From: Bacteroidota bacterium
Lineage (GTDB): Bacteria > Bacteroidota > Bacteroidia > AKYH767-A > OLB10
Length of the DNA stretch: 64,000 nt
Assembly: GCA_016713925.1 (NCBI GenBank)
Contig: JADJOH010000008.1
Coordinates: forward strand, 453,840-517,839
Direction of reading: 5' to 3'
In this document: positions 9,096 to 18,733 of the stretch, one piece after another
Layout of the letters: each line of letters opens with the position of its first letter
How positions within the stretch are numbered: position 1 is the first letter of the stretch
Program-made: the position numbers and the translations under genes
Notes under the pieces: model-generated
Databases searched by the model: none
What the model was told of the DNA's origin: nothing
Seen by the model: the letters and a program-made list of their open reading frames with translations, nothing else

Positions 9096-10094
9096 ATGAA
9101 ACGTTTAATCCCTCTGCTGATCCTGATATCAGTTATTTCGATCTCCTGCGTGCCCTCCCGCATGCACAATGAACTAAAAGCGAAAAAGTCGGCTTGTGAT
9201 AAGGAAAATGAAGAGCTGAAAGCCGCCAATCTCCAGTTAAATACCCGTCAGGGGGAACTCAGTGCTATGGTAGAAGACCTGAAAATCCGAATCAAGGCAT
9301 TGGAAAGCGACACCACAATAAAAGGTCAGGAATTACGTGATCTGCGTGGCAATTTTGAAAAACTGAACAATACCTACCAAACCTTACTGAAAGATGGTCC
9401 CAATGCGGCCTCAAATACGGAAGCTACACGACAGTTGATTCGTGACTTGCAGAAAACGCAGGAGCAATTGCAAAAGAAGGAAGACGAATTGTCCAGGAAG
9501 GCAAAGATGTTATCCTTGAAAGAAGATAGCTTATCTTTGATTAGCGGAGAGCTTAGCATGAAGAACCGCCGGCTGGCTGAACTGGAACAAATTCTGGCCA
9601 GCAAGGATTCTGCCGTGAAGGCGCTGCGCAATTCGGTGGCCAAAGCTTTACTGGGCTATCAGGACAAAGGGCTGAGTGTGGAGATGAAAAACGGGAAGGT
9701 ATATGTCATGATGGAAGAGCGTTTGCTTTTCGCGACCGGGAGCACTGTAGTGGATCCGAAGGGCGTGGAGGCGATCCGCGATTTAGGAAAAGTGCTGGAA
9801 AAAAATCCGGACATCAATATACAAATAGAAGGTCACACGGATAATGTTCCCATGCATGGCACCGGAGAAATTAAGGACAACTGGGATTTGAGTGTTATGA
9901 GAGCCACATCGGTAGTGAAAATTTTACTTACAGGAAGTACAATAAATGCTATACGAATTACAGCAGCAGGAAGAGGGGAGTTCATGCCTGTTGACAAAGC
10001 CAATACGACAGAGGGCAGGAAGAAAAACAGAAGAATTGAAGTGATACTATCTCCGAAACTGGATGAAATACTGAAGCTGCTTGAAACACACTAA
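9096..10094 (+). CDS. OmpA-family lipoprotein with an N-terminal coiled-coil region
   Basis: Lipoprotein signal (LILISVISISC), then a long heptad-rich coiled coil. The C-terminus carries the OmpA/MotB peptidoglycan-binding domain (NIQIEGHTDNVP...NWDLSVMRATSVV...RRIEVIL). Confidence 0.8.
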   Translation: MKRLIPLLILISVISISCVPSRMHNELKAKKSACDKENEELKAANLQLNTRQGELSAMVEDLKIRIKALESDTTIKGQELRDLRGNFEKLNNTYQTLLKDGPNAASNTEATRQLIRDLQKTQEQLQKKEDELSRKAKMLSLKEDSLSLISGELSMKNRRLAELEQILASKDSAVKALRNSVAKALLGYQDKGLSVEMKNGKVYVMMEERLLFATGSTVVDPKGVEAIRDLGKVLEKNPDINIQIEGHTDNVPMHGTGEIKDNWDLSVMRATSVVKILLTGSTINAIRITAAGRGEFMPVDKANTTEGRKKNRRIEVILSPKLDEILKLLETH

Positions 10095-11184
10095 CTTATT
10101 TTTAATACTCCTTTGCCTGCTGGTTATTCCTGTCCGGGCAGGGGAGGATCAACCCACCTTCCTTCACGGCTATCGTGATTTTCGGAACTTCCTCTATATT
10201 TTCGAAAACGGTACGCCGCGACAGTTAGAACAGCAAGTCGTCCGTTCCTTTAAAGCCAAAGGTTCCATGATTGCGTATGCCAACAATGCCAATGATCTCA
10301 TGGTATATTACAAGGGCGAAAAGTTTAAATTAGGAGATATGACGGCGACCAACTACGAACTGACGCAGAGTATGATGTATTTTCAGCGGGATCTGATGTT
10401 GAGTGTTTTTGACGAAGGCAAGGTGACACAACTCACTTTCTTTCTTCGTGATTTTAAAGTCAGTGATAGCCTCATCGCCTTTCGCGATCGCAATGTGGAT
10501 ATCCTGCGCGTTTATGGGCGGGGACAATTGCACGACCTTGAAGTCACCCTTACCGGGAGTCTGATCGATTATAAAATAGGAGAGAACTCGGTGGCCTATG
10601 TCAACAATACCGGATTTTTTAAAGCCTACCTGAATGATCATGTTTACGATATTGATAATGTTGCTCCGGTAGCTTATGAAGCAGGCGGTAATCTGATTGC
10701 CTATGTAGATGGACTTTATAATTACCTGAAAGTATTCTACAACGAAAAAATTCTGGTGCTGGAGCGATTTCAACCCCTCTCCTTTCAGGCCGGTGTGGAT
10801 ATGATTGCTTATGTGGCGGATGATAATTCATTCAAAATTTTTAACAGAGGAAAATTGGTAAAGGCAGAAGCTTATCCTCCCGACTTTTATCAGGTACGGG
10901 ATCGCTCGGTGCTGTTTTTCTTCAATAATCAGTTGCAGTTACTTCAGGATGGAGTTCGCTATGAGCTGGACGAGTTCAGGCCTCTGAACTATCAGATGAG
11001 TGAAAACAATATCGCATGGATGGATCAGGCCAATCGGCTGCATATGTTCACAGAGGGGAAATCCTACGAGGTAAGTATGGAAAGAATTTCTGCTTATGAG
11101 TTAAACGGGAACACCCTCAAGTACGACCTCCCGGACGGTACTTCCCGAATATGGTACAAAGGAAAAGTGTTTGGCAATAACTAA
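10081..11184 (+). CDS. Secreted repeat protein of unknown function (about 40-aa repeats with an I-A-Y/F/W core)
   Basis: Signal peptide (LILLCLLVIPVRA). There are at least six repeats of the form xxIAYxxxxxxLxVYxxG. It overlaps the upstream OmpA gene by 14 nt, so the two are probably one operon. Confidence 0.55.
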   Translation: MKHTNLFLILLCLLVIPVRAGEDQPTFLHGYRDFRNFLYIFENGTPRQLEQQVVRSFKAKGSMIAYANNANDLMVYYKGEKFKLGDMTATNYELTQSMMYFQRDLMLSVFDEGKVTQLTFFLRDFKVSDSLIAFRDRNVDILRVYGRGQLHDLEVTLTGSLIDYKIGENSVAYVNNTGFFKAYLNDHVYDIDNVAPVAYEAGGNLIAYVDGLYNYLKVFYNEKILVLERFQPLSFQAGVDMIAYVADDNSFKIFNRGKLVKAEAYPPDFYQVRDRSVLFFFNNQLQLLQDGVRYELDEFRPLNYQMSENNIAWMDQANRLHMFTEGKSYEVSMERISAYELNGNTLKYDLPDGTSRIWYKGKVFGNN

Positions 11185-11193
11185 AAGAAATTT

Positions 11194-12853
11194 ATGAAAA
11201 GATATTCATTTATTATACTACTGCTACTTGCTGCATCAGGAATACTGAAGGGGCAAAATGCATTTCTTCCGCTGAGCAATCAGGTAGAACAGTATTTTAC
11301 AAAAGAGATGAATCATGTCGGCAACGGTCTGCATTCTTCCTTTAAACCCTTTTTACGAAGGGATGCAGTGGATGCGATGTTGTTTATTACCGATAGTTTG
11401 CCTGCCTCTAAGCGGATGGTGTCGGACTATGGAAGGCAGTATGATTCACTCATCAGCATTCCCTTAAATCCCTCAAAAAAATTTAACACCACGCTGGTTG
11501 GGCGAAAATTATTTTCGGAACATTTGCTCAAGGTGGAGGAGGAGGATTATCGCATCTACCTCGACCCTGTTTTTGATTTTACCGGCGGGATAGATCAGGA
11601 GAATGATGATTCGTATTATTATAATACACGAGGGTTGTGGGTCAATGGTTCTATCGGAAAGAAATTCGGATTTAATGCTACTTTTTATGAAAATCTGAGT
11701 TCATTTTCCGGCCTATCTGGATTCAACAGTGCGAAAGACAAGGATTGTTCCCGGACAAGTAAGTGTGAGAAAATTTGATGATGCCAGTTTTGATTATGCA
11801 TTTTCAACCGGCTCTATTAATTTCCAGCTGAACAGACATTTCACTTTTGAATTCGGACAGGACAGGCATTTTATAGGAGATGGTTATCGCTCATTATTAC
11901 TCTCTGACAATGCATTTCATTATCCGTATTTTAAAATTATTACTGATGTTTGGAAGATCAGATATGTAAATCTATTCATGGAGCTGAGAGATTTGACGCG
12001 CGAATATCTGAATGATCAGTCCCCTTTTGATAAAAAATATGCTTCCATGCATTATCTGGATATCAATATTGGCAAGCGGGCCAGCATCGGAATCTTTGAA
12101 ACAGTCATCTGGCATGCAGACAGTGGTGGTGCACGTGGATTTGATATGGGTTATTTGAATCCTTTCATCTTCCTTCGCCCTGTTGAATTCAGCATTAATT
12201 CCCCGGATAATGTATTGATGGGAATCAACGCTAAATTTATGATCAATAGCCGTAATCTTTTATATGGTCAGTTGATGCTGGATGAGTTCCTTCTTGAAAA
12301 TGTGAAATCCGGCAAAGGATGGTGGGCCAATAAGCAAGGGGTACAGGCAGGGTTTAAGAGTTTCAATGTACTTGGCGTGAAGAATTTGTACTTGCAGGGA
12401 GAGTTGAATTATGTTCGTCCGTATACCTATCAGCACCGTGATGTGTTGGGGAGCTATAGTCATCACAGGGCACCGCTGGCCCATCCTTTAGGAGCTAATT
12501 TCTGGGAAGCAGTGGGTATAGTTCGCTACAATTATAAGCGCTGGCATCTGGATGCAAAGATGAGTATAGCCGAGGTCGGGTACGATACGGCAGGACGTAA
12601 CTATGGACAAAATGTTTTCCTCAGTTACAATGACCGGGAAAGTGAATTCGGAAATGAAGTCGGGCAAGGATTGAAAACAACCATTATGTGGGTTGATCTC
12701 AACATAAACTTCCTCATTAATCCGGTTTACAGAATGAATCTTTTTGCAAACATCGCCATGAGAAGTTCAAAGCAATCCGGTGAGACGATTAATGCCTTGC
12801 TGGTTCAGGGAGGAATTCGAACCAGCTTATTTAACCGTTATTATGATTTTTAA
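11194..12853 (+). pseudogene. Wzi/RemB-like outer-membrane protein gene split by a +1 frameshift near 11740-11770 (ORFs 11194..11778 and 11729..12853)
   Basis: The two adjacent same-strand ORFs (194 aa + 374 aa) overlap by 50 nt in different frames. The first has a signal peptide, so together they form one roughly 550-aa protein. The family assignment (capsule-assembly Wzi / gliding RemB-like) is from memory of motifs such as GDGYRSLLLSDNA and is tentative. A candidate A4 homopolymer lies at the junction. Confidence 0.55.
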
Positions 12854-13183
12854 AATTTAACGTTCTGTTTGCATTTATGTCTTGAATCTGGTTTATTTGT
12901 TCAGCCCTTCTTTATTTAAATTACTGATAAACATTCTTTTATATGGTTTTTACGGTCAGGGGAGAGTAAAATTGAAGTGCATGAAGAATCACCGCTAATG
13001 GGGATAAAATAACTTGCTTTGTATACGTCCTGTGCCTTAGATTTGCCTTAAGTCTAATGCGAAAATAAGAGGTAGAAGAATTGGGAGATTAAAATAATTC
13101 ATTCCCGTAGTACTTAAGATCATTCACCATATTTATAAAGAAGACCAAGTATATAAAGTTAATTTTGACTCAAATAATTTCCA

Positions 13184-14251
13184 ATGTTGAACATAACATT
13201 TGCCTGTATTACAGCTTTCCTGATCACCTTTATGGCGATACCGTCAATTATTCGGGTATCGGTAATTAAAAGTTTGTTTGATGAACCCACAGAAAGGAAA
13301 GCGCATAAGTCAAGTATTCCTACGCTTGGTGGTTTGGCCATCTTTGCGGGAGTTGCATTTGCCTATACGTTTTGGTCAGCCGGGTTGAACACAGGATCCA
13401 CTCAGTACATTGTTGCTGCAATTATTGTGATGTTCTTCATAGGGATAAAAGATGATATCGTTGAATTAACCGCTCATAAGAAACTGTACGGACAATTATT
13501 TGCTGCTATCATCATTGTGTTTTTTGCAGATATCAGAATCACCAGCATGTGTGGTGTATTTGGTATTTATCAGATTCCGTATTGGGTAAGTAGTGTTATT
13601 ACTATTTTTACCATACTTACTATTATTAATGCGTATAATCTTATTGATGGTATAGATGGACTTGCCGGTGGAGTAGGAGCTATTGCTGCCTTTACTTTCG
13701 GCTTATGGTTTTACAACTATGGACAAATTGCCCTCTGCATACTTGCCTTTTCTCTTTTCAGTTCATTGCTGGCCTTCCTTGTTTACAATTTCTCTCCTGC
13801 CAATATATTTATGGGGGATACCGGATCGTTGGTTGTCGGGTTAATTCTTTCTGTGCTTTGCATCAATTTTGTTGAGCTCAGTTTTGAATCATTGCCCTAT
13901 GCGTTTCCGTTCCGTTCTAGTCCGGCGATGGCCATAGCCATCCTTATCATTCCGCTGGCAGATACCTTAAGAATATTTATCATCCGACTGTTAAATGGTC
14001 GATCACCCTTTCATGCCGACAGGAACCATATCCATCATCAGTTACTTGATTTAGGATTAACGCATCGTGAAGCAGCTTTGACACTCTATTTGGTAAACAT
14101 TGGATTTATTGTAATAGCATTAGCTCTTAGAAATATTTCGAGTCTGAAGCTTCTTTATATTCTGACTATTATGGGTGTAGCTTTCAGTATTTTACCTTAT
14201 TATTTAAAGGTATGGAAGGCGAAACCGGCTTCTATTAAAGTGGCAGAATAA
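13184..14251 (+). CDS. Undecaprenyl-phosphate sugar-1-phosphate transferase (WecA/MraY, glycosyltransferase family 4)
   Basis: Polytopic membrane protein of 355 aa with MraY/WecA family motifs (IPTLGGLAIF, IGIKDD, NAYNLIDGIDGLAGG). Confidence 0.8.
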   Translation: MLNITFACITAFLITFMAIPSIIRVSVIKSLFDEPTERKAHKSSIPTLGGLAIFAGVAFAYTFWSAGLNTGSTQYIVAAIIVMFFIGIKDDIVELTAHKKLYGQLFAAIIIVFFADIRITSMCGVFGIYQIPYWVSSVITIFTILTIINAYNLIDGIDGLAGGVGAIAAFTFGLWFYNYGQIALCILAFSLFSSLLAFLVYNFSPANIFMGDTGSLVVGLILSVLCINFVELSFESLPYAFPFRSSPAMAIAILIIPLADTLRIFIIRLLNGRSPFHADRNHIHHQLLDLGLTHREAALTLYLVNIGFIVIALALRNISSLKLLYILTIMGVAFSILPYYLKVWKAKPASIKVAE

Positions 14252-14547
14252 CACTTCTTCACCCAACTTTCACCCCATTTCACCCTAAGTTTTTAAATTT
14301 GCGAATCAGGAAAACAGCGATTCGCCCAAATGATTTATTGTTTTGAGCAAGAATTGAACGATTTTTAGACCTTTAAGAGTAACAAATCAGCTCTTTATAT
14401 CGTTTAATCTCTCTGATACAATAAGTTATCAATAATCGATGTTTTGTAAAGAGTGAAAGAAAGTGGAGGAGTATACTTCACTTTGAATTAGTTTTAACCG
14501 ATCTTACCAAAGTATCTGTGTAGCATCATTAAACCCCGAGAAGAAAT

Positions 14548-16197
14548 ATGAAAATTACGACCCGTCTCCTTCTGTTAATATTCATATCCATATTAAGTTT
14601 TACTTCGGTAAATGCTCAGGATAATCGTGAAATTAGTAGTCCTAACGTCACAGAAGAAGTATATGATCCCATCTCAGCATTGCTGGACAGTCTGGTGACT
14701 TTAACGCATGTTGTGAGATATAACCAACAGGATGCCAATTGTTTTGATCCTAATGCGGTGGTACCCGGCTCTGTTCCAACCTTTTCTGACGAAGTCTATG
14801 CTCAACGGATTTCAGAAATTCTGTCTCCAATTCCCATGTCTTATAATGAACATGTGAAGGGCTTTATTGATTTATATGCTGTCAGAAAGAGAGGGTTGAC
14901 GCAAAGAGCTATGGGATTATCGAATCTTTACTTTCCCATGTTTGAAGAAATTCTGGATAGAGAGGGATTGCCCCTGGAGTTTAAGTACTTGTCAGTGGTG
15001 GAGTCGGCATTAAATCCAATTGCTGTTTCCCGTGTTGGTGCTACAGGGATTTGGCAATTCATGTATAATACCGGTATAATGTATGATTTGAAGGTCAATA
15101 GTTATACCGATGAGCGGAGAGATCCCTTGAAGGCAACTTTTGCAGCTTGCCAATATTTTAAAGACATGTACAAAATTTACGAGGACTGGTTACTGGTGAT
15201 CGCAGCTTACAATTGCGGGGCCGGTAATGTGAATAAGGCGATTAAAAGATCCGGTGGAAAGAAAAACTTCTGGGAAATCATGCATTATTTACCTGCAGAA
15301 ACCAGGAGCTATGTACCGGCCTTCATTGCAGTTGCTTATGTTATGAATTATTCCCGTGAGCACAACTTGTATCCTGTCTCTCCGGCTTATTCTTATTTTG
15401 AGGTGGATACAATTACTGTAAGTAATGCCATTAATTTTAAGGTGTTGTCAAACACATTGGATCTTCCGGTTGATGTCATTTCGTTCTTAAATCCCATCTA
15501 CAAAAAGAATATTATTCCCGATGTAGGTTCAGATTATATTTTAAGATTGCCTACCAATAAAATGGCTATCTTCATGTCTAGTCAGGAGAGTATAATGGCA
15601 CAATCTCTCCCACCGGCTCGCCCGGTGATGCCTGTTTATGCCGGCAGAAGGAGTTCGAGAGATGCTGCTGATGAAGGCAGTACAGCCTATGAAACCATCA
15701 CAAAGCGTGTTAAGAAAGTGCATACTGTCCGTCGTGGAGAAAATCTTGGGGTGATAGCAGGTAAATATGATATGTCGGTACAGCAAGTGAAAAAGATGAA
15801 TCGTTTAAAGTCAAGTACCTTGCGTTCAGGACAGAAATTAAGTGTTTATGCTTATGTGAAGACGAAGGTCCCGGTAAAATCGGCTCCTGCAGTAGAAGTT
15901 GCTGTGAAGAAGGATACCGATGCTCATGATTCCGCCAATGTGAATCGTGCTATAAACGGAGAAGAATCTGCTGATCAACAAAGTCAGGCTCAGGTTTCTG
16001 CAGATACAGATGACAACGAAAGAGTGGTGGAGACCTCTCCGAGATATATTTATCATGTTGTACAACCAGGAGATACTTTGTGGAATATTGCTAAACGCTA
16101 TGAAGGTGTAACTGTTGAGATGATCAAGGATATCAATAATCTGAATAATGCTACTCTCAAGCTGGGTACAAAGTTGAAAGTCATTGTAAACAGTTAA
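14548..16197 (+). CDS. mltD: Membrane-bound lytic murein transglycosylase D-like protein with two C-terminal LysM domains
   Basis: Signal peptide; SLT domain (ES...NP.A.S..GA.GIWQFM, AAYNCGAGNV); two LysM modules (HTVRRGENLGVIAGKY..., YHVVQPGDTLWNIAKRY...). Confidence 0.85.
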   Translation: MKITTRLLLLIFISILSFTSVNAQDNREISSPNVTEEVYDPISALLDSLVTLTHVVRYNQQDANCFDPNAVVPGSVPTFSDEVYAQRISEILSPIPMSYNEHVKGFIDLYAVRKRGLTQRAMGLSNLYFPMFEEILDREGLPLEFKYLSVVESALNPIAVSRVGATGIWQFMYNTGIMYDLKVNSYTDERRDPLKATFAACQYFKDMYKIYEDWLLVIAAYNCGAGNVNKAIKRSGGKKNFWEIMHYLPAETRSYVPAFIAVAYVMNYSREHNLYPVSPAYSYFEVDTITVSNAINFKVLSNTLDLPVDVISFLNPIYKKNIIPDVGSDYILRLPTNKMAIFMSSQESIMAQSLPPARPVMPVYAGRRSSRDAADEGSTAYETITKRVKKVHTVRRGENLGVIAGKYDMSVQQVKKMNRLKSSTLRSGQKLSVYAYVKTKVPVKSAPAVEVAVKKDTDAHDSANVNRAINGEESADQQSQAQVSADTDDNERVVETSPRYIYHVVQPGDTLWNIAKRYEGVTVEMIKDINNLNNATLKLGTKLKVIVNS

Positions 16198-16432
16198 ATT
16201 TTTAATCGACATTCATCAGCAGGTTAACTGCAGATGTAAATTAAGGAACAGATATAAATCCATATTCGAAGGCACCTTATTCAAATTAAGGTGCTTTCGC
16301 ATTTTTAGTAAAATGCAGGAATTAAGATTATACGTTTACGCCGTAGTTATTTGCATTTTAATCTCGAATCCTTCTCATATTTCCCTTTTTGAAAAGGAGA
16401 AATTTAATAAATTTGCAGCGCCAAGTACGGAT

Positions 16433-16508
16433 TGACCGATGGTGTAACTGGCAACACATCTGATTTTGATTCAGAAAAGTCCAGGTTCGAGCCCTGGTCG
16501 GTCAACCA
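16433..16508 (+). tRNA. tRNA-Gln (anticodon TTG)
   Basis: Hand-folded cloverleaf. Acceptor TGACCGA/TCGGTCA; D-arm GTGT...ACAC; anticodon stem TCTGA/TCAGA with loop TTTTGAT (anticodon TTG); T-arm CCAGG-TTCGAGC-CCTGG; discriminator A; encoded CCA. Confidence 0.85.
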
Positions 16509-16512
16509 TTTA

Positions 16513-16546
16513 AAAGGGGATACTAAATGTATCTCCTTTTTTATTT
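16513..16546 (+). terminator. Rho-independent terminator after tRNA-Gln
   Basis: Hairpin aggggatac-taaat-gtatctcct followed by TTTTTT. Confidence 0.75.
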
Positions 16547-16612
16547 TGAGGAAATTCGGTTCAGTGATTTGGCTTTTCAATTGCCCTATCATCCATTTTA
16601 CCTAATTCTTCC

Positions 16613-17345
16613 GTTCTATTCCGGTCCGCGAAGTTTAAGACCTCGCGGGTGTTAGACCTCGCGGGTGTTAGACCTCGCGGGTGTTAGACCTCGCGGGTGC
16701 ATATGGAAGTGTTAAATATCAATGACTTAATTTTTCAGGGAGACCATTTTCTTCATCTTGGCCAATTTCTGTCCCTTTTTAACCAAAATATAAAGTCCTT
16801 TCCGTGTCACTTACGGTCCGCGAAGTTTAAGACCTCGCGGGTGTTAGACCTCGCGGGTGCATATGGAAGAGTTAGATATCAATGACTTAATTTTTCAGGG
16901 AAACTATTTTCTTCATCTTGGCCAATTTCGCTACCTGTTTAACCAATAAGCAATGTCCTTTCCGTACCTCTTACGGTCCGCGAAGTCTAAGACCTCGCGG
17001 GTGTTAGACCTCGCGGGTGCATATGGAAGAGTTAGATATCAATGACTTAATTTTTCAAGGAGACCATTTTCTTCATCTTGGCCAATTTCGCTACCTTTTT
17101 AACCAATAAGTAATGTCCTTTCCGTACCTCTTCCGGTCCGCGAAGTCTAAGACCTCGCGGGTGTTAGACCTCGCGGGTGCATATGGAAGTGTTGAATATC
17201 AATGACTTAATTTTAACTCTTGACCATTTTCTTCATCTTGGCCAATTTCAGTCCCTTTTTAACCAATATGCAATGTCCTTTTTGTACCTCTTCCGTTCCG
17301 CGAAGTTTAAGACCTCGCGAAGTTTAAAACCTTGTGGGTGCTTGA
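16613..17345. repeat. Tandem array of about 4.5 copies of a 160-bp unit (first copy 193 bp because of an internal 16-bp sub-repeat, gacctcgcgggtgtta, x4)
   Basis: The copies start at about 16618, 16811, 16971, 17131 and 17291 (ttCCGGTCCGCGAAGTtTAAGACCTCGCGGGTG...CATATGGAAG.GTTA.ATATCAATGACTTAATTTT...CTTCATCTTGGCCAATTTC...). They are about 90% identical to each other. ORFs 16697..16885 and 17177..17494 inside the array are artefacts. Confidence 0.9.
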
Positions 17346-17550
17346 CCTCGCTGGTACTTATAGAAATGCATTTTATCAAATTGGAATACATTCCTCACAG
17401 AGCTGCCTCAAATTGTAGGTTGACGGAAGATCTATTCCATAGTTCTCAAATAAATGAAATCCCAGGTGAAGGAGCCGGCCGTAACACTTACTGAATATGA
17501 TCTCGAGATAAAATCCTACTTTTGAATAAACCATAATACTTTTTATCAGG

Positions 17551-18216
17551 ATGGAGAATCAAATTACCTCTGATAGCTCTGCATCGGTTTTGACGGAGTT
17601 GAATGATTATTACCATTCATGCCACGGTGCGATGGCTGAGTCTCGAAATATCTTTATTCAAGCCGGACTCAAAGAAGCGTTCCTCCGTTTCGGATTAAAA
17701 CTGAATATTCTTGAAGTTGGATTTGGTACCGGACTTAATGCATTGCTCACTTATCAGGAAGCCGGAAAACATCAAATGGACATCTGGTACACGGCTATCG
17801 AATTGCATCCGGTTTCGCCTGATCTGATAAATTATCCCATGTATGCGAAGGCAAGCGGATTTCCGGAGCATGAAAATGTATTGCAACGCATGCATGAACT
17901 TCCTTTTAATGTAGCAGGGGAGATAACTCCAACTTTCGTTCTTGAAAAACGTTTCATTGATATTCGGGAGTTTTCGGATAACCCCTACCGTTATCATCTG
18001 GTCTATTATGATGCCTTTGCCCCCGAAGTACAACCTGAAATGTGGACCAAAGAAATTTTTTACCGCATTCATGCCACAATGGCTCCCAAGGGAATTCTCG
18101 TTACAAGTTCAACAGAAAAGTTGGTGCAACGAAGTCTGAAATCAGCAGGGTTCTCTGTTGAAATAATCGATATGCTCCCGGGCAACCGACAAATGCTCAG
18201 AGCAATCAGGAATTGA
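17551..18216 (+). CDS. tRNA (mnm5s2U34) methyltransferase MnmD-like (MnmC N-terminal methyltransferase-domain family)
   Basis: SAM-methyltransferase motif (ILEVGFGTGLN) plus the family-typical DAFAPxxxPEMW motif. 221 aa, stand-alone. Confidence 0.65.
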   Translation: MENQITSDSSASVLTELNDYYHSCHGAMAESRNIFIQAGLKEAFLRFGLKLNILEVGFGTGLNALLTYQEAGKHQMDIWYTAIELHPVSPDLINYPMYAKASGFPEHENVLQRMHELPFNVAGEITPTFVLEKRFIDIREFSDNPYRYHLVYYDAFAPEVQPEMWTKEIFYRIHATMAPKGILVTSSTEKLVQRSLKSAGFSVEIIDMLPGNRQMLRAIRN

Positions 18217-18240
18217 TTTTTAAGTAGTAATGCTGATTTT

Positions 18241-18564
18241 CTAAATAAACTTTATAATTTCTTCCTCAAGTTCATGTACCATCTTGAAGCCAGCCATTCG
18301 CCACTTCAGTTCCCCGTTTTTGAAGATCATCAAGGTGGGGACACTCCTGATCTGAAAATGCTGTGACAATTCCGTTTGTTCATCTACATCCAGCTTCATG
18401 ATGGTCGCCTTTGTACCCAGACGAATTTCCAGCGCCGTAAGAATTTCATCCAGATAATTGCAGGGCTCACACCAGGTAGCATAAAAGTCTACCAGTACCG
18501 GTTTTTCCGATTTCATTAATTCCAGAAAGGTAGGTGCATCAAGTTGTGGAGCGGGGTATTCCAT
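18241..18564 (-). CDS. Thioredoxin (active site WCEPC)
   Basis: 107-aa thioredoxin fold (VLVDFYATWCEPCNYL ... SVPTLMIFKNG). Confidence 0.85.
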   Translation of the reverse strand: MEYPAPQLDAPTFLELMKSEKPVLVDFYATWCEPCNYLDEILTALEIRLGTKATIMKLDVDEQTELSQHFQIRSVPTLMIFKNGELKWRMAGFKMVHELEEEIIKFI

Positions 18565-18733
18565 GCGACAAAGATATCAGGATGTGACTTATTTCTATTT
18601 AATGATCGTTTAAAAATTCTCATTCATCACCCATTTCTCTAACCATCGAAATCATTCTGTTGTGTTAAAGCCTGGAACAGAATCGAATTATTCTTTTATC
18701 CCGATTGAAGGATGTTACGGAACGAAAGTAAAA

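Noticed and set aside
16613-17345. Could the tRNA-adjacent repeat array be a CRISPR array?
   Set aside because: The period is about 160 bp, and the inter-repeat segments are themselves conserved between copies, so there are no unique spacers. There are no cas genes in the window. It is a tandem repeat, not CRISPR. The same reasoning applies to the 25-bp array at 60021-60237 and the 10-bp array at 8041-8233.
16433-17550. Integrated mobile element at the tRNA-Gln 3' end
   Set aside because: No integrase, recombinase or transposase ORF was found, and the tRNA 3' end is not duplicated as an att direct repeat. The downstream array is a tandem satellite, not an island boundary.
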